A stretch of DNA of 64,000 bases from Octopus sinensis (taxonomy: Eukaryota). The DNA is taken from NCBI RefSeq assembly GCF_006345805.1, contig NC_042998.1, positions 6,262,001-6,326,000 on the forward strand, given 5' to 3'. Within the stretch, counting starts at the first letter, position 1. Every line of letters starts with the position of its first letter. Below the pieces are notes generated by a model that was not told the origin of the DNA, ran no database searches, and was given only the letters and a program-made list of their open reading frames with translations. Shown here piece by piece: positions 11,571 through 25,482 of this stretch. The position numbers and the translations under genes are program-made.

Positions 11571-12829
11571 CTCCATCTCTAATTCTTTTTGTTTTCATCA
11601 TGACGAATAGCAATTAATTATCAACTAAAACATCATATAACAAAACTTCTGGTATATATACAGATCAGCACAGATGTTTTTGTGCATGTGTGCGTGTGTG
11701 TGTGTATATATGCGTGTGCTCATTTATGTGCATGTGTGTGTGTGTGTGTGTGTGTGCATGCATGTATGTCTGTCTGTGTGTACAAAGCTCAAATGTTTTA
11801 AATGGAGAAATGAAAAATGGAAAATTCCTCATTAACTTATTAACACAGCGGGTTAATGTCTGTCTATTTTATTCATGCAATATTATAATGCAAAAGTATC
11901 TATAACAAATAGATAAAACCAGTTGATATATAAAAATCAATAAAATGGAAAGAGTACATAATGGCAGGTAGACAGAAAATATAGCTAACACAGGAAACAT
12001 ATGACTAAAGAACTGTTTCAATTGCCAAAATCAGTCACACAATAGTGATTGATAAATAACAAACGATAGGACTTTTCTCATATTAAAAGGAAGAAAGCAA
12101 AATGCACCCTGCTGGGAAGGAAATTAAGATATATAATTTTATGTCAATTCGATATATGATTGTTACTTGACTCTGTTAAGCATTGTCAATAACTATTTAT
12201 GCTATGGTTAGCTTTTTCTAGCATGGCATCTGCCTAGAGAATGTCAAGTGCACTTGTGATTGTATTTTTTCAGGCGATGTCAAAAGGTAGCAGAAAAGTT
12301 GTGCATATTATCAAAATAATTACAGCTGGAGATTGTTGTATGTGGGGGAGGAAAAAAAAATGGCTAAATTCTATACTGGAATAAACTGTTTATAGTAGTT
12401 TATTTGAACTTTAGCTTCAATCAGTTTAATACTGTCTACGAAATGTTCCTATCCTGCGGGAATCTCTTGTTTCAATTGGTAGATACAAAGACATCTTTTA
12501 CAACTCATTAAGCATGCTTTAAGATCTTGGTCCTCATTAAACACTAGAAAAATTTGCATTGTGTTGTGTAAAGATGATAATTTTTTACAAGAAAGATGAA
12601 AGGAAGTAACAGCCTTGTACGATATATCCAGACAAAATAAAGTAGCTTGCCATTGGCACTGGTTTAACTCATAACATCCAGTTAAAAATTTGCTAAGTCA
12701 AAAGCCCAGCTTTATAATGATTCTGTTATAGAACAGAAGTGGATGCTAGATGAAGGTAGTAGAGTTCTCTCTATTCCTAGACAATTACTTTCTTCCTTCA
12801 AAATGAATGTAAACAAGATACTTACATAT

Positions 12830-12985
12830 ATATGTACGTATGCATACACACACATATATACATACATACACATGCAAACACACACACATACATACATACA
12901 TACATACATACATACATACGTACATGCATACATGTGTAGGCATACACATACACACACTGACCCACACACATGCACACAAACAAAC
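12830..12985. repeat. (CATA)n/(CA)n microsatellite
   Basis: Direct inspection. Confidence 0.95.
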
Positions 12986-13313
12986 AAAAGGAAACGCAGT
13001 CTAAGTAACGGACAGAGTCAAAACTATTGAAAAGGTTGCAAGACGCAACGAAAATTTTAGGAAAATAAAAATAAGAAAAAAAAGTGGAAATTTTACCGGT
13101 GAGTGTGTTAAATTATTAGGCACAAAAAGAAAATGACTCTCCCCAGACACAACAGAAGATTTGAATGATTCTTGTGATGTCCTGCATTTCAGGACTGGCT
13201 GGTTGATGCACACCCATGCGGTACTATGCTATGCAGAAAATAAGAGTCGACTGACAGAACAGAAATTATACTATGGACCTTAAGGAATTATGAAAATATT
13301 TTTTTGTGTTGTG

Positions 13314-13686
13314 GGCACGTAACAAACACCATCCGATCATGGCCGTGCCAGCCTCGCCTGGCCTCTGTGCCGGTGGCACGTAAAAGACACCATCCAAGCC
13401 TGGCCGTTCGCCAACCTCGTCTGGCACCTGTGTCCGTGGCACATAAAAAACACCATCCGAGTGTGGCCGTTCGCCAGTCTCGTCTGGCACCTGTGTCGGT
13501 GGCACATAAAAAGCACCCACTACACTCTCGGAGTGGTTGGCGTTAGGAAGGACATCCAGCTGTAGAAACACTGCCAGATCTGACTGGCCTGGTGCAGCCT
13601 TCGGGCTTGCCAGACCCCAGTTGAACCGCCCAACCCATGCTAGCATGGAAAGCGGACGTTAAACGACGATGATGATGATGATGATG
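13314..13686 (+). mobile_element. SINE S3
   Basis: Three internal units plus S3 tail and (GAT)n. Confidence 0.85.
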
Positions 13687-14650
13687 AATACATAATTTCC
13701 AAATTCCTAATACTTTGTAGAAGTCTTTTTTCGGTATCCTTTTTCTGTTCTCTGTACTCTAAACTATCTTCACACAGTAATAGTTCACCTGTTGGTATTT
13801 ATTCACATTATAAATGCGATTGTCTATTTTGAATACAATAATCAATAAAATAAACTCTATTTTTAAAATGATTGCAGATTGTATAGATTTTTTTAATATA
13901 CATCACACATTAATAAACAATAGGTCAGTAGTTATAGATTTCAGTTGAACCAGTGACAGGTTCACTGAATTTCCAATAATGAGATGACAGGAGATTGTCT
14001 GTACAACTCAGGCGGAATATACAACATGAGGCTTTCCTTCTTTTTTATTTCTTACTCAACACAAAGAATTGCTTGCAATTTCTTACCAAATTATATACAC
14101 ATATACATTCAATGAGATTCTGGTTAATTTCTGCCCAGCAAAATTTCACTCAGAGATAGTGGCCAATAGAGAGTGATGGCAGAAACACTACCCCAGGGGG
14201 CTGTGTGGTGGGTCAAATTCAGAAGAATGCTGCAGTGACAGGAATTTTGACCATGTTCTCAACATAAAATGCATCCAAATTGTGAGAATATTTAGTCAAA
14301 ATGTTATTGACATTCAGTTTCAATTCCTCCTTGAGCAAGAAAGTTAATTATCAAAGGCATAGAATGGCGAGTAAAAGGCACAAACTAGTATGGCATATTA
14401 AATAGCTCAACCTAATTTCTTTTTAGAACCTTTTAATGCAATGTAAGATTGAGAAGATTAAATTATTTTCCTAAGCCTTGCAGGTAAACACTTTATAAAA
14501 TCCAAATTAATGTCGCAACAAAGGCTTTAAGCAGAAAGAGACCGAATGAATCCAGTGAATTAACAGAGAACAGAAGAAATACAGAGGGAAGTGTGGTTGT
14601 GGAGTTGAGGAATTTGCTTCACAATCAAACAGTTTCAGGTTCAATCCTAT

Positions 14651-15063
14651 AGGCGCAGGAGTGGCTGTGTGGTAAGTAGCTTGCTAACCAACCACATGGT
14701 TCCAGGTTCAGTCCCACTGCGTAGCATCTTGGGCAAGTGTCTTCTGCTATAGCCCCGGGCCGACCAATGCCTTGTGAGTGGATTTGGTAGACGGAAACTG
14801 AAAGAAGCCTGTCGTATATATGTATCTATATATATATATATGTGTGTGTGCATGTATATGTTTGTGTGTCTGTGTTTGTCCCCCTAGCATTGCTTGACAA
14901 CCGATGCTGGTGTGTTTACGTCCCCGTCACTTAGCGGTTCGGCAAAAGAGACTGATAGAATAAGTACTGGGCTTACAAAGAATAAGTCCCGGGGTCGATT
15001 TGCTCGACTAAAGGCGATGCTCCAGCATGGTCGCAGTCAAATGACTGAAACAAGTAAAAGAGT
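14651..15063 (+). mobile_element. SINE S1, full length
   Basis: S1 consensus from AGGCGCAGGAGTGG to GTAAAAGAGT. Confidence 0.9.
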
Positions 15064-16889
15064 AGAAACAAATGAATGAAGGAAAACAGTGTTGTGGATG
15101 AAAAATGGCAGGATTGGGGTTGGCCATGGGCTAACGAACTAAGAGGTAAAATTAGCATTTCGTGATTGATGAGCCAACAAAATATAGATGTCACAGTATT
15201 TTACCATTCTCAAATATATTATTTCATAATCTAAAAATACTGCTGCATTAACATTCTTACATAATATAACAAATGAAAACGTGACATAGTGGTCATTGCA
15301 GAGAATAGCACAACGGGTGGATGTGTTTTTAAATGCATGTGAGTGTGCATGCACAAATGTGCGAGAGAAAGAGGGAGCGAAAGAGAAAGAAAGACAGAGA
15401 GACATAGCAAATATGAGAGAAAGAAAGGAACAAAACGTTATTCCTTTTACACTTAATATTCATTTGGTTAACAAAGACACGTAAGAAAGCAAAGCAAAAC
15501 AAACACAAAACAACTACACCTTAAAGAATTCTGTAAACATCTACGCAACATATTTTTTCTTTTCTTCAAAACCGGGTTTCCAGTTATAATGCAAAATTCA
15601 GTGAATAGGTTAGACTGCACACGCACACTTCCAAACATTTGCAGTATAAAATTATTTTACAAGAGATAAAAAAAAAAAATTTATGACGATGACGACGATG
15701 AACAACTTATGAATGTTGATATTAATTTTAAAAAATACAAAGGAATTCAAATGGTAAACATGAACACCCACACCATACAGAACAACAGAGACACCTGTTA
15801 TCTATTATCATCACCATTATCATTATTATTATCATAATAATAATAATAATAATTATTATTATTATCATCATTGTTATTGCTATTGGTTTTATTATTATTC
15901 AATATTGTTACAATTGTTATGATTGTTGCTGTTATCGGTATTGAATATATCAGCTATATTCAAATTGTGTACTATTCAATGCTATTTCTTTCTATTCACT
16001 GAGTTTTAATCGATTACTTTATTACAAATATATAAATTTACTTCACACACAATCAAGATGATGATTCAGTGAAAAATTATTCGACTGGCTCATATTTTTA
16101 ACCCACATTTTCATGAGAACTCAGAATTAAAAATCAAACACATTGACTTCATACAAGCAAAAGAAGAAAAAAGGAAAGAAAATATGTTTCAAGTGAAGTG
16201 GTAAAAATTGGATAAAAACCAAAGATTTTCTACAAGTAAATGTGATGAGTATTTTCATTGTTTGTTATTTGGCTGCCAACAAAAAAAAAAAAAACAGGAA
16301 AAGACAAAAAGAAAGATATTAAGTTAAATGATGCTTCCTGTTAAAATTAATGGAAGACATGTTGAAAAAATTTATACTGACTGACAATCAATAGGTAATT
16401 AATTCTTTAAATTTTGTACCTGCTCAAGCCATTGGCATATAACCATACAGGAGAACAATACGAAAAAAGTGCCTCACTCTTTCTTTTTATTCCCTCCCCC
16501 ACTGTGCAACTTCAGAAATTACCAGAACTTTTGTTTTGATGTGAAACATTTTGACAACACCCCATCTAAGACTGTATCCGACTGAACCATATAAAATAAC
16601 CTGATTAAGAGGAACCAAAAGAGGGAGGTTGTATAGGGTCACAAGATCTGCTAGAAACAGCAGCCAAATCTCCATCAAATAATGCTCTGCTGTCTTAATA
16701 TCTAGGAAGAAATACAATTGATGATATAGTCTTGGATCCAATTCAAAAGGAAGGCTTCATAACAACAGGGGTGATTTTGATATTGGTTTTGATGTACTTG
16801 ACTCAATAGGTCTCCTCAAGCATGGCATGTCACCCTATTATCCAAGGTACTTTTGAATGGGCTGGGGGTGGTTATGCGAAACTGGTGTA

Positions 16890-17570
16890 AGTTGCAATAG
16901 TGAACTCACTTTATTTGCCAGGTCTTCTCAGTCACAGCATATCTCCAGAGGTCTCGGTCTTTTGTCATTGCCTCTGTGAGGCCCAACATTCGAAGGTCAT
17001 ACTTCCCCACCTCACCCCATGTATTCCTCGGTCACCCTCTTCTCAGGATTCCTTCACCTGTTTGGGAGTGGTACTTCTTCACACAGCTCTCCTCATCCAC
17101 CCATAGTACATGACCATACCAATGAAAACATCTCTCTTGCATGCCACATCTGATGCATCTTACGTACATTTCTCTCAGGATGCTTACACTCTCAGTCATG
17201 GCCCATGTTTCACTGCCGTGAAGCATGGCAGTTCACACACATGCATCGTACAAGAAGTCCTTTGTTACCAGTCGGGGTAGAAGCTTTCTGAACTTTGCCC
17301 AGGCTATTCTTTGGCTAGGTATTTCTCCTGCAGTTGGCGTACCTGGAATATAGCATCAATGGTGCTTCAACCTGGCACAAAACCAAACTGCATTTTATCT
17401 AAGTAGACTCTCTCCCTGATTAGTTGGGCTATGACCCTCTCCGTGACCTTCAACACCTGATATAGCAGTTTGATACCCCTGTAGTTCTATCTAAAGCATT
17501 ACCTTTACCCTTGTAACAGTTGACTATGGTGCTGCTATGCCAGAGCCCACACCAGATGTTTTAAGCATCT
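16890..17570 (-). mobile_element. Decayed, internally deleted RTE LINE
   Basis: MLHGSETWA..WYGHVLW.DEESCVKK plus upstream KGKG..YRGIKL..KVTERVI..MQFGFVPG.STIDAIF. Confidence 0.85.
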
Positions 17571-17590
17571 CAGCAGTGATATATATATAT

Positions 17591-17807
17591 ATATAATATT
17601 AATTAGAGACAAAACCACTATTATGCAAATCAAACAAAGAAAGACTTAATCCAATACATAAAAAATTTTATATAAATTAAATATAAATTAAATATAATTA
17701 AGATATAATTAATATAATTAATTTATATAAATTTTTTTATGTATTGGATTAAGTCTTTCTTTGTTTGATTTGCATAATAGTGGTTTTGTCTCTAATTAAT
17801 ATTATAT
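17591..17807. repeat. Near-perfect 90-bp-arm palindrome inside (TA)n
   Basis: 17591-17680 vs 17718-17807, about one mismatch. Confidence 0.95.
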
Positions 17808-18669
17808 TACATTTTACTATAAAATTGGATTCAATCCTAACTCTGATTTTTCCCTGTAAATTTGGATTTATTCCCTAATATTTATTATTATATATATATA
17901 TATATACATATATTTCTTTTGTGGGTGTATATTCATTTAAACGTTAGATATTCATTCAACAGCACTTCATCACCCATTTTAACCTATGATGTTTTATATC
18001 TGTGAAATATATACGCTATATCTCATGTTATATCTTTTAAATATCTCTTAAATATACAGCATAATGAACTATATGTTTTATCTTATGGTATATCTAACGA
18101 TATGTCTTTGAAATATTGATACAATTGAATCATAGTTACAAAACTAACAAGAGATCGCCAGTTGTTTCTAGTATCCATCACGAAATCACTTGCATTATTT
18201 CAGAAATGCCAATACTGCTGATACTAAAGAATGTTCTGAACTTGACATTTTTGGTTTCCATGCAATTGCATCTCCAAATGTGTCTTTTCTTTTAAATATT
18301 TTTCATTACCATCACATGCACGATTCATTGTATATGCAATTCTTGACATTAGAATAACATTAGGTTCCCGTAGAAAATCTACAGCATTATCCTCATTGAT
18401 ACTGTTCCATATCAGTATTAAATTGAAAGGGATAACAAAAACTACAAAACAAAACAAAATTTCACAAAAACTTTATATTTAGCCAACTATGAACAAAAGT
18501 ATTCGGTAATGAAAAGGATTAATGAACGGAAATACTAAATAATAAAATTACTATACCCGTCTCTATTTCCTGGTAATCACAAAACACTTTCATTTTCTAA
18601 GAGTTGATTCTAAAGGTCAGCTCAAGACAGATTTAAGCAGTGTCCTTACAGATAAAGAAACAACACATT

Positions 18670-19054
18670 CATCATCATCAGCATCATCATCATCATTGTT
18701 TAACGTCCGTTTTCCATGCTAGCACAGGTTGGACGGTTCAACCGGGGTCTGGGAAGCCAGGGGCTGCACCAGGCTCCAGTCTGATCTGGCAGTGTTTCTA
18801 CAGCTGGATGCCCTTCCTAACGCCAACCACTCCACGAGTGTAGTGGGTGCTTTTTACATGCCACCTGCACAGGTGCCAGCGGAGTCTGGCATCGGCCGTG
18901 ATCGGTTGGTGCTTTCAACGTGCCACCGGCACGGAAGCCAGCCAAGGCGGCGCTGACATCGGCCACGTTCGGATGGTGCTTTTTATGTGCCACCGGCACA
19001 GAAGCCAGTCGAGGCGGCACTGGCATCGGCCACGAGGCAGCGCTGGCATCGGCC
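18670..19054 (-). mobile_element. SINE S3
   Basis: (CAT)n then reverse complement of S3 tail and internal units. Confidence 0.85.
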
Positions 19055-20221
19055 AGAGATTTATGTGAAATGAATGCAGCGAGCAATGGACACATTTTCA
19101 TCCCTGCTCTTCTTTACACTCTGTCTTCGTAGTGAGATATCTGCAAAGCAAACTTCCAGCTATTGTTTTCAAACAAATATAGAATCATTGTCCGTACACA
19201 ACCGCTATGTAAATCCTGGCATTCATCTTGTTTGTAACCAAGTTCCAAAGGAAATGGACAGCTTGTTTGTTGGAAAATAATTTATTTTTAAAAATTAGGT
19301 ATTTTGAGGGATTAAGTAGAATAATTGATGTTGTTGTTAATGAATAATGAATATGGAACATATTTTTTGAAAAAGTAGTTGCTAAATTATATTGGATAAT
19401 TGTAAATTAAATAAGAAAGCTTGAAAATTAATTGTATCCTGAAATTTGTAGCCTAGAAGGCCCCAAGTTAAGCTGTTAGGAAAAGATTAATGATTTATAG
19501 AAGTATCACAAAATGAAACCAAAAACCCTATGGTGACTACCTCAATTATAAACATGTTACACATATAATATGCAAGTTGAAAGATAATTACAATGTTTGA
19601 CAATGGGAGCAATCAGAGGGTTTTATATACACTGCCTTTAATAAAACAAAAACGATAAAGTGGTTCCTAATACCAAACAATCAAACTTGAGTGTGAGACA
19701 GGGAGAAAGGAGGAGAAAGAAAAAGGGATACAGAGAGGAAGGAGGGAGAGAGAGAGAGAGAGAGAGGAAGAGGGATACAGAGTGGAAGAAGGATAGAGAG
19801 AGAAAGGGAGGGACAGAGAGAGAGAGAGCAAGTGTGTGTGTGTGTGTGTGTTGTGTATGTAGATCTCCATAAGTTTTTGAGTCAATGAGTCTTCAGTTTT
19901 GGCATTAACCAAAACACTGACACTATGAATGAGTGAGCATCTCACATGCACATGTGGGTTGGCAGAATTAGCAGAGAGTCTGACAGGGTGATTGACCACT
20001 TATGTTCTGGCTCACAGCATTCTGATTGCAATGCCTACGGTAACAGTGGTGTGAACTTGTATCAACCCTTGGCTTTCCCTTGAACAACATGAGCAGCAAA
20101 AAATGTGGAGATTTGCATGCACAGGTAACTGTTGGCCTTCCAGAGAAGAACAAACCTCTACCCTCACAATAGTGCCTCAAAGAGTACCTTTCCCAAGTAA
20201 AAATCCACAGTAACTCTGCAT

Positions 20222-20621
20222 AGGCACAGGAGTGGCTGTGTGGTAAGTAGCTTGCTAACCAACCACATGGTTCTGGGTTCAGTCCCACTGCGTGGCATCT
20301 TGGGCAAGTGTCTTCTACTACAGCCCCGGGCTGACCAGTGCCTTGTGAGTGGATTTGGTAGATGGAAACTGAAAGAAGCCTGTCGTATATATGTATATAT
20401 ATATATGTGCGTGTATGTTTGTGTGCCTGTGTTTGTCCCCCTAGCATTGCTTGACAACTGATGCTCTTGTGTTTACGTCCTCATCACTTAGCGGTTCGGC
20501 AAAAGAGACCGATAGAATAAGTACTGGGCTTACAAAGAATAAGTACCCGGGGTCGAGTTGCTCGACTAAAGGCAGTGCTCCAGCATGGCCACAGTCAAAT
20601 GACTGAAAAGAGTAAAAGAGT
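20222..20621 (+). mobile_element. SINE S1, full length
   Basis: S1 consensus. Confidence 0.9.
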
Positions 20622-21308
20622 ATATGTGTATCTGAGTTTATGGCCATCTCCCTGATATCATAGGACAGTTGCAAATGAGTGTCACCCTCATGCAAGCAGT
20701 AGCCTATATTTTCGATTTTCCATGGAAACAAGTTTGGTCATGGGAATCTACCAACTTACATGGAAACAGGTGAGGGTTGGCAGCATGAACGGCAGCTGGC
20801 CATCAAACATTCTTCCCAGATTCCTTCCAGACAATACAAGCATAGAAAAGTAGGCATGATGATGATGATGATATACATTAAAAGAGACACAAGCACTTTC
20901 ACACACACTGGGCACTTCTGCCTACCAAATTAAATCACAGGGCTACAACAGCAGCAGTCACTTGTCCAAGGTGCCAAGCAGTGAAACCATATAACTGAGA
21001 AGCAAGCTTTCAAACCACAACACCTGCACTGGGACCACATGACAAGGCACCCATGATCGCCCCTTATAAAGGGCACAGAGTAGACTCAGTAAAGTGGTTG
21101 GCATTAGGAAAGGCATCCAGTCATAGAAACTATACCAAAATAGCCAACTGGAGCCTGGTGTAGCCCTTCGGCTTGCCAGCTCCTGTCAAACCGTCCAGCT
21201 CATGCCAGCATGGAAAATGGACATTAAATGAATGGTGATTACCTCGTGTGTACCGTTGGCGATTTTTTTTCCTCTGTCCTCCCTTCTCTGGATCTTTCCT
21301 TTTCCTAT

Positions 21309-21343
21309 GTTTCCGATGAAGAGCTCCGCTCGAAGCGTTAAAC
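21309..21343 (+). ncRNA. Degenerate minimal hammerhead ribozyme motif, family B, in a PLE-like fragment (~21235-21442)
   Basis: GTTT-CCGATGA-A-GAGC(TCC)GCTC-GAAG-CG-TT-AAAC; stems I and II pair, GAAA changed to GAAG. Confidence 0.55.
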
Positions 21344-21441
21344 CCTCTTTCTTCCCTTCTTTCCTGAGCGTCCAATAATACTATATTTGTTCCACGTCCT
21401 CGCGTTGTTGTGTTTTTTTGTGCTTTCTTGTTTGGATTAAC

Positions 21442-21485
<44 letters not shown>

Positions 21486-22657
21486 TATATACACACAGCC
21501 GTATTATAGTGATTTTCTTTTTCCCTTCTTGTTTTTTTGTTGATATATTTAATATGAACAGGAATAAAGAAATATTTAAGAAATGCACACATGCAGTTCG
21601 TTAGTTTTGAGTATGTAGAAGCATGCATGCAACACAGAATGCAACTTTTAACATTTAGTATACTGAATTATGTAGATTCCTTATTTCTTCTACCAAGCAA
21701 GTTTGTTTGTTTTCTGGGTTTTTTTTTTTTTGCTTTTTGATTTTTGTTTGGTTTTAAACAAAGACACACATCAAAAACACAAGTCGCTAACTTTAATGTC
21801 ATATAGACAGAATGTTGGCAATGTACGTCACCTAGAAAAACCACTTAGCCTAAGTCAATGCATTCAATTCAACTCAGCAAAATACAATTGAAATACAATA
21901 TTTCTACTCCGTAAATCTGTATTGTAATCGTTTATGATAAACACGATACTATGTAAATGTTAAACAATTCAACCTGCAATAAAAGCAATAACAAAATTTC
22001 TCTTATCTTTACTACAAAGATGTGTTTAATGATTGGACGAACAAAAGTTTCTTTAGCTGAAACTAATGAAAGGGGAGGATTGAGAGAAGGGAGAGATGGA
22101 GAGCGGAGGGGAGGAGGAAGGATAGGAGTTGGATATGAAAGAAGAAGAAAAGTCATATTGAATTGGTACAAAGGACAAAAGAAATACAAAGATTTCTGAA
22201 ACAAGATGCCAGAAAAGAAAGAGAGGAAAACAAAGGAATCAGAATCGGAAGAATTGAAAGCGGAATGAAAGAGTAAGAGTTGAGAAGAAGCGGAGAGTGG
22301 AGGGGGGGGTATGAAAATAAGATTGTGAGAATGGCAAGGACTTGAAAGAGAAAGAGATAGAATGATAAAAGAGACAAGAATATCAGAAGAGATTGAGACA
22401 GAGAGTGGACTTTGCAAATAGAAAAAAAAATATTTCATATCATCACAAAGTTCATGTGAGGTAAACGTATTTAAAAAAGTTAGTGGAATGGTTTCTAATA
22501 TGAATCAAAACTAAAAAGGACAGCTTTTAGTAAAAGGAGTCCAACAAATAATGATTTTTTGATTAATTCATAATTTACTGCACAATATTTTGGGGATAAT
22601 ATGAAATGTAAAGAATACATATCTTACAAAACATACCAATTTGGCCTTATCATTTTA

Positions 22658-22877
22658 TCCTGTAGCATTTAAACCAACTAAATCTGGCCCATATATTCTA
22701 CCAATTTTACACTGAGGCCAGCCAGATCCAGTTTCTCACATCTATCCTACAATGTCAGTCTAAAAACAAACAATTGCATCATCAAAATCTCAAAGCTGGA
22801 AGATGGCGCTTGGTTAATTCAAAACAAAGTGAACAAAGACGCATTTCATTTGACAAAATGATTTGCATGCTAAAGGG
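22658..22877. mobile_element. MITE family P2
   Basis: Right end TAAAGGG|TTAA; internal similarity to 58636-58856. Confidence 0.6.
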
Positions 22878-22938
22878 TTAAACAAACAAGTTTTAAACTC
22901 TCGCTACACAAAAAGTTAAGTAAGTGCAATCCACAGTC

Positions 22939-23220
22939 TAGTACTTATTCTATCGATCTCTTTTGCCGAACCGTTAAGTTACGGGTATGTAACACACCAG
23001 CATCGGTTGCCAAGCGATGTTGGGGGGACAAACGCAAACATATACACACATACATACGACGGGCTTCTTTCAGTTTCCGTATACGAAATCCACTCACAAG
23101 GCTTTGATCGGCCTGAGGCTATAGTAAAAGACACTTGCTCAAGGTGCCACGCAGTGGGACTGAACCCGGAACCATGTGGTTCATAAGCAAGCTACTTACC
23201 ACACAGCCACTCCTACACCT
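22939..23220 (-). mobile_element. SINE S1, 3'-truncated
   Basis: Reverse complement of S1. Confidence 0.9.
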
Positions 23221-23292
23221 ATAAGTTAAGTAAGAAATGAGAGTCAATTTGTTCAACCAAAACCCTTTAAAGCAGTACTCCAGCAAGGCCAC

Positions 23293-23575
23293 AGTCCAAT
23301 TACTAAAATAAGCAAAAGATAATTTATAACAGAGGATAAAGAAAGAAAGACAGAAGAGTTTTGAGGTGCAGGCAGCAAAGAGGACCTAAAATAATCCAGT
23401 TGGTAACCAGGCAGCGATTTTTCTCTTGTAATCTCAACAGAAGCAATACAACAAACCTCAAAAGAAATTGTTGAAATTCTAGCGAATGAACACAATTTAG
23501 CTTTCTTAGTATTTTTGCAGTCTTTTTACACTCAAGATGAGATAGCACAACTGGCGAAACCTTACAAGCATCAAG
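23293..23575. repeat. Probable source copy of the 283-bp inverted duplication
   Basis: The included SINE tail continues here (to ~23250) but is cut off in the 319-601 copy. Confidence 0.9.
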
Positions 23576-23659
23576 CATCTTGATTTAATCAAAATATTTC
23601 TTACAACTCTACTGAGCATGATTAAAAAGAAAAATTAGGATTTAAAAAAAAAAATTAAA

Positions 23660-23660
23660 A

Positions 23661-23708
<48 letters not shown>

Positions 23709-23853
23709 GATAATAATAATAACAACAACAATACTAATACTAATAATAATAATAACAATACTAATGATGATAATAATAATAATAATACTAATGATGATAA
23801 TAATAATAATAATACTAATGATGATGATAATAATAATAATACTAATGATGATG

Positions 23854-23890
<37 letters not shown>
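23660..23890. repeat. (TAA)n microsatellite with AATACTAATGATG variant units
   Basis: Direct inspection. Confidence 0.95.
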
Positions 23891-23891
<1 letters not shown>

Positions 23892-24039
23892 TGGAAGAGG
23901 AAGGAAGAAAGGAAAATCTCATTCTAAGCTTCTCCATGCTGGATATCTTTCACCAATAAATGAGATCACAGAATTTCATAGACCCATATATAAGGACAGC
24001 TATAGATAGGATCATGTGCACAGTAATGAAATTATACAC

Positions 24040-24375
24040 AAATGTAGACATGCCTACGTACATACCTACCTGTATACATACATGCATGCATACATACAAA
24101 CATACACACATACACACATACATACATACACACATACATACATACATACATATGTACACACATACATTCAAACATAGATACATACATACATACATACACA
24201 CACACACATACATACATACATATGTACACACATACATACATACAAACATATACACACATACATACATAAATACACACATACATACAACATACACACACAC
24301 ATACATACATACATACATACATATATACATACATACACACATACATACCACATACGTACAGAACACAAATACATA
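24040..24375. repeat. Long (CATA)n/(CA)n compound microsatellite
   Basis: Direct inspection. Confidence 0.95.
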
Positions 24376-25088
24376 ATTTTGTAAAAACCATTAAAAGAAA
24401 GCCTCACCAGAGTTGCTCAAGAAGCTGGATAAAGCAACTAAAACACCTTAAATAATATAATTCTACCTTATCCCATTAAATTTTAAAAGCAGCCATATTT
24501 AGCTCAAATATTCTACATGTTTTATGTTCAAAGCAGCCAGATCTAGCCTCTCACACCTACCCTACTATGTCATTCTGAAAACAGACCAATGACATCAATG
24601 AAATCTTAAAGCTATAAAATAATGCATGATTAATTCAAAATGCTGAATCTGCAGGTATTTTGGAAATACCTGAAAGAGTGAGGACTGTGCCTTGTGTACT
24701 TATGGGTTGCTCCATGACAAGGTATGACACCCATTCAGCCACCCTGCGTGGGATACAGTAAAGTCATGGGACAGCAGCATGATGGATTGTGAAGAGGCAG
24801 TGGGAGAGCTCAAGTGAGCCATCAATGCTTCTTGCACTGATGCTGAGCAGAAGAATCTTAAAAGATCAACAGCCAGGATCACAAATTTCTATCAAAAGAG
24901 TAACTAAAATGCATCCACAGGGTTGGCATCCATGGTTGTGTAATCAGCTAATGAAAGATTCAGTAGGATTCAATCTCCCAATTCAAATTTATAATAATGG
25001 AATTGGATGGCAGCAGAGAGTCTTGGGAATCTTGGAAAAAGCAGCACAACCACAAAAAAAAAATAGAGAAATTCAAAATGATACTTTA

Positions 25089-25482
25089 TACTTTTATACT
25101 TTTACTTGTTTCAGTCATTTGACTGCGGCCATGCTGGAGCACCGCCTTTAGTCGAGCAAATCGACCCCGAGACTTATTCCTTGTAAGCCCAGTACTTATT
25201 CTATCGGTCTCTTTTGCTGAACCGCTAAGTGACGGGGACGTAAACACACCAGCATCGGTTGTCAAGCAATGCTAGGGGGACAAACACATACACACATATA
25301 CATATATATACATATATACGTCAGGCTTCTTTCAGTTTCCGTCTACCAAATCCACTCACAAGGCATTGGTCGGCCCGGGGCTATAGCAGAAGACACTTGC
25401 CCAAGATGCCACACAGTGGGACTGAACCCGGAACCATGTGGTTGGTTAGCAAGCTACTTACCACACAGCCACTCCTGTGCCT
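25089..25482 (-). mobile_element. SINE S1, full length
   Basis: Reverse complement of S1. Confidence 0.9.

Noticed and set aside
18224-18457. 77-aa minus ORF in unique sequence
   Set aside because: No recognisable family, and splice-site assignment is ambiguous.
21932-22438. 168-aa ORF
   Set aside because: Mostly translation of a purine-rich low-complexity tract.
23764-24407. Long poly-I, YI/HT/CV ORFs (also 10666-11563, 12712-13030, 36840-37389, 61204-61641)
   Set aside because: These are stop-free microsatellite translations.
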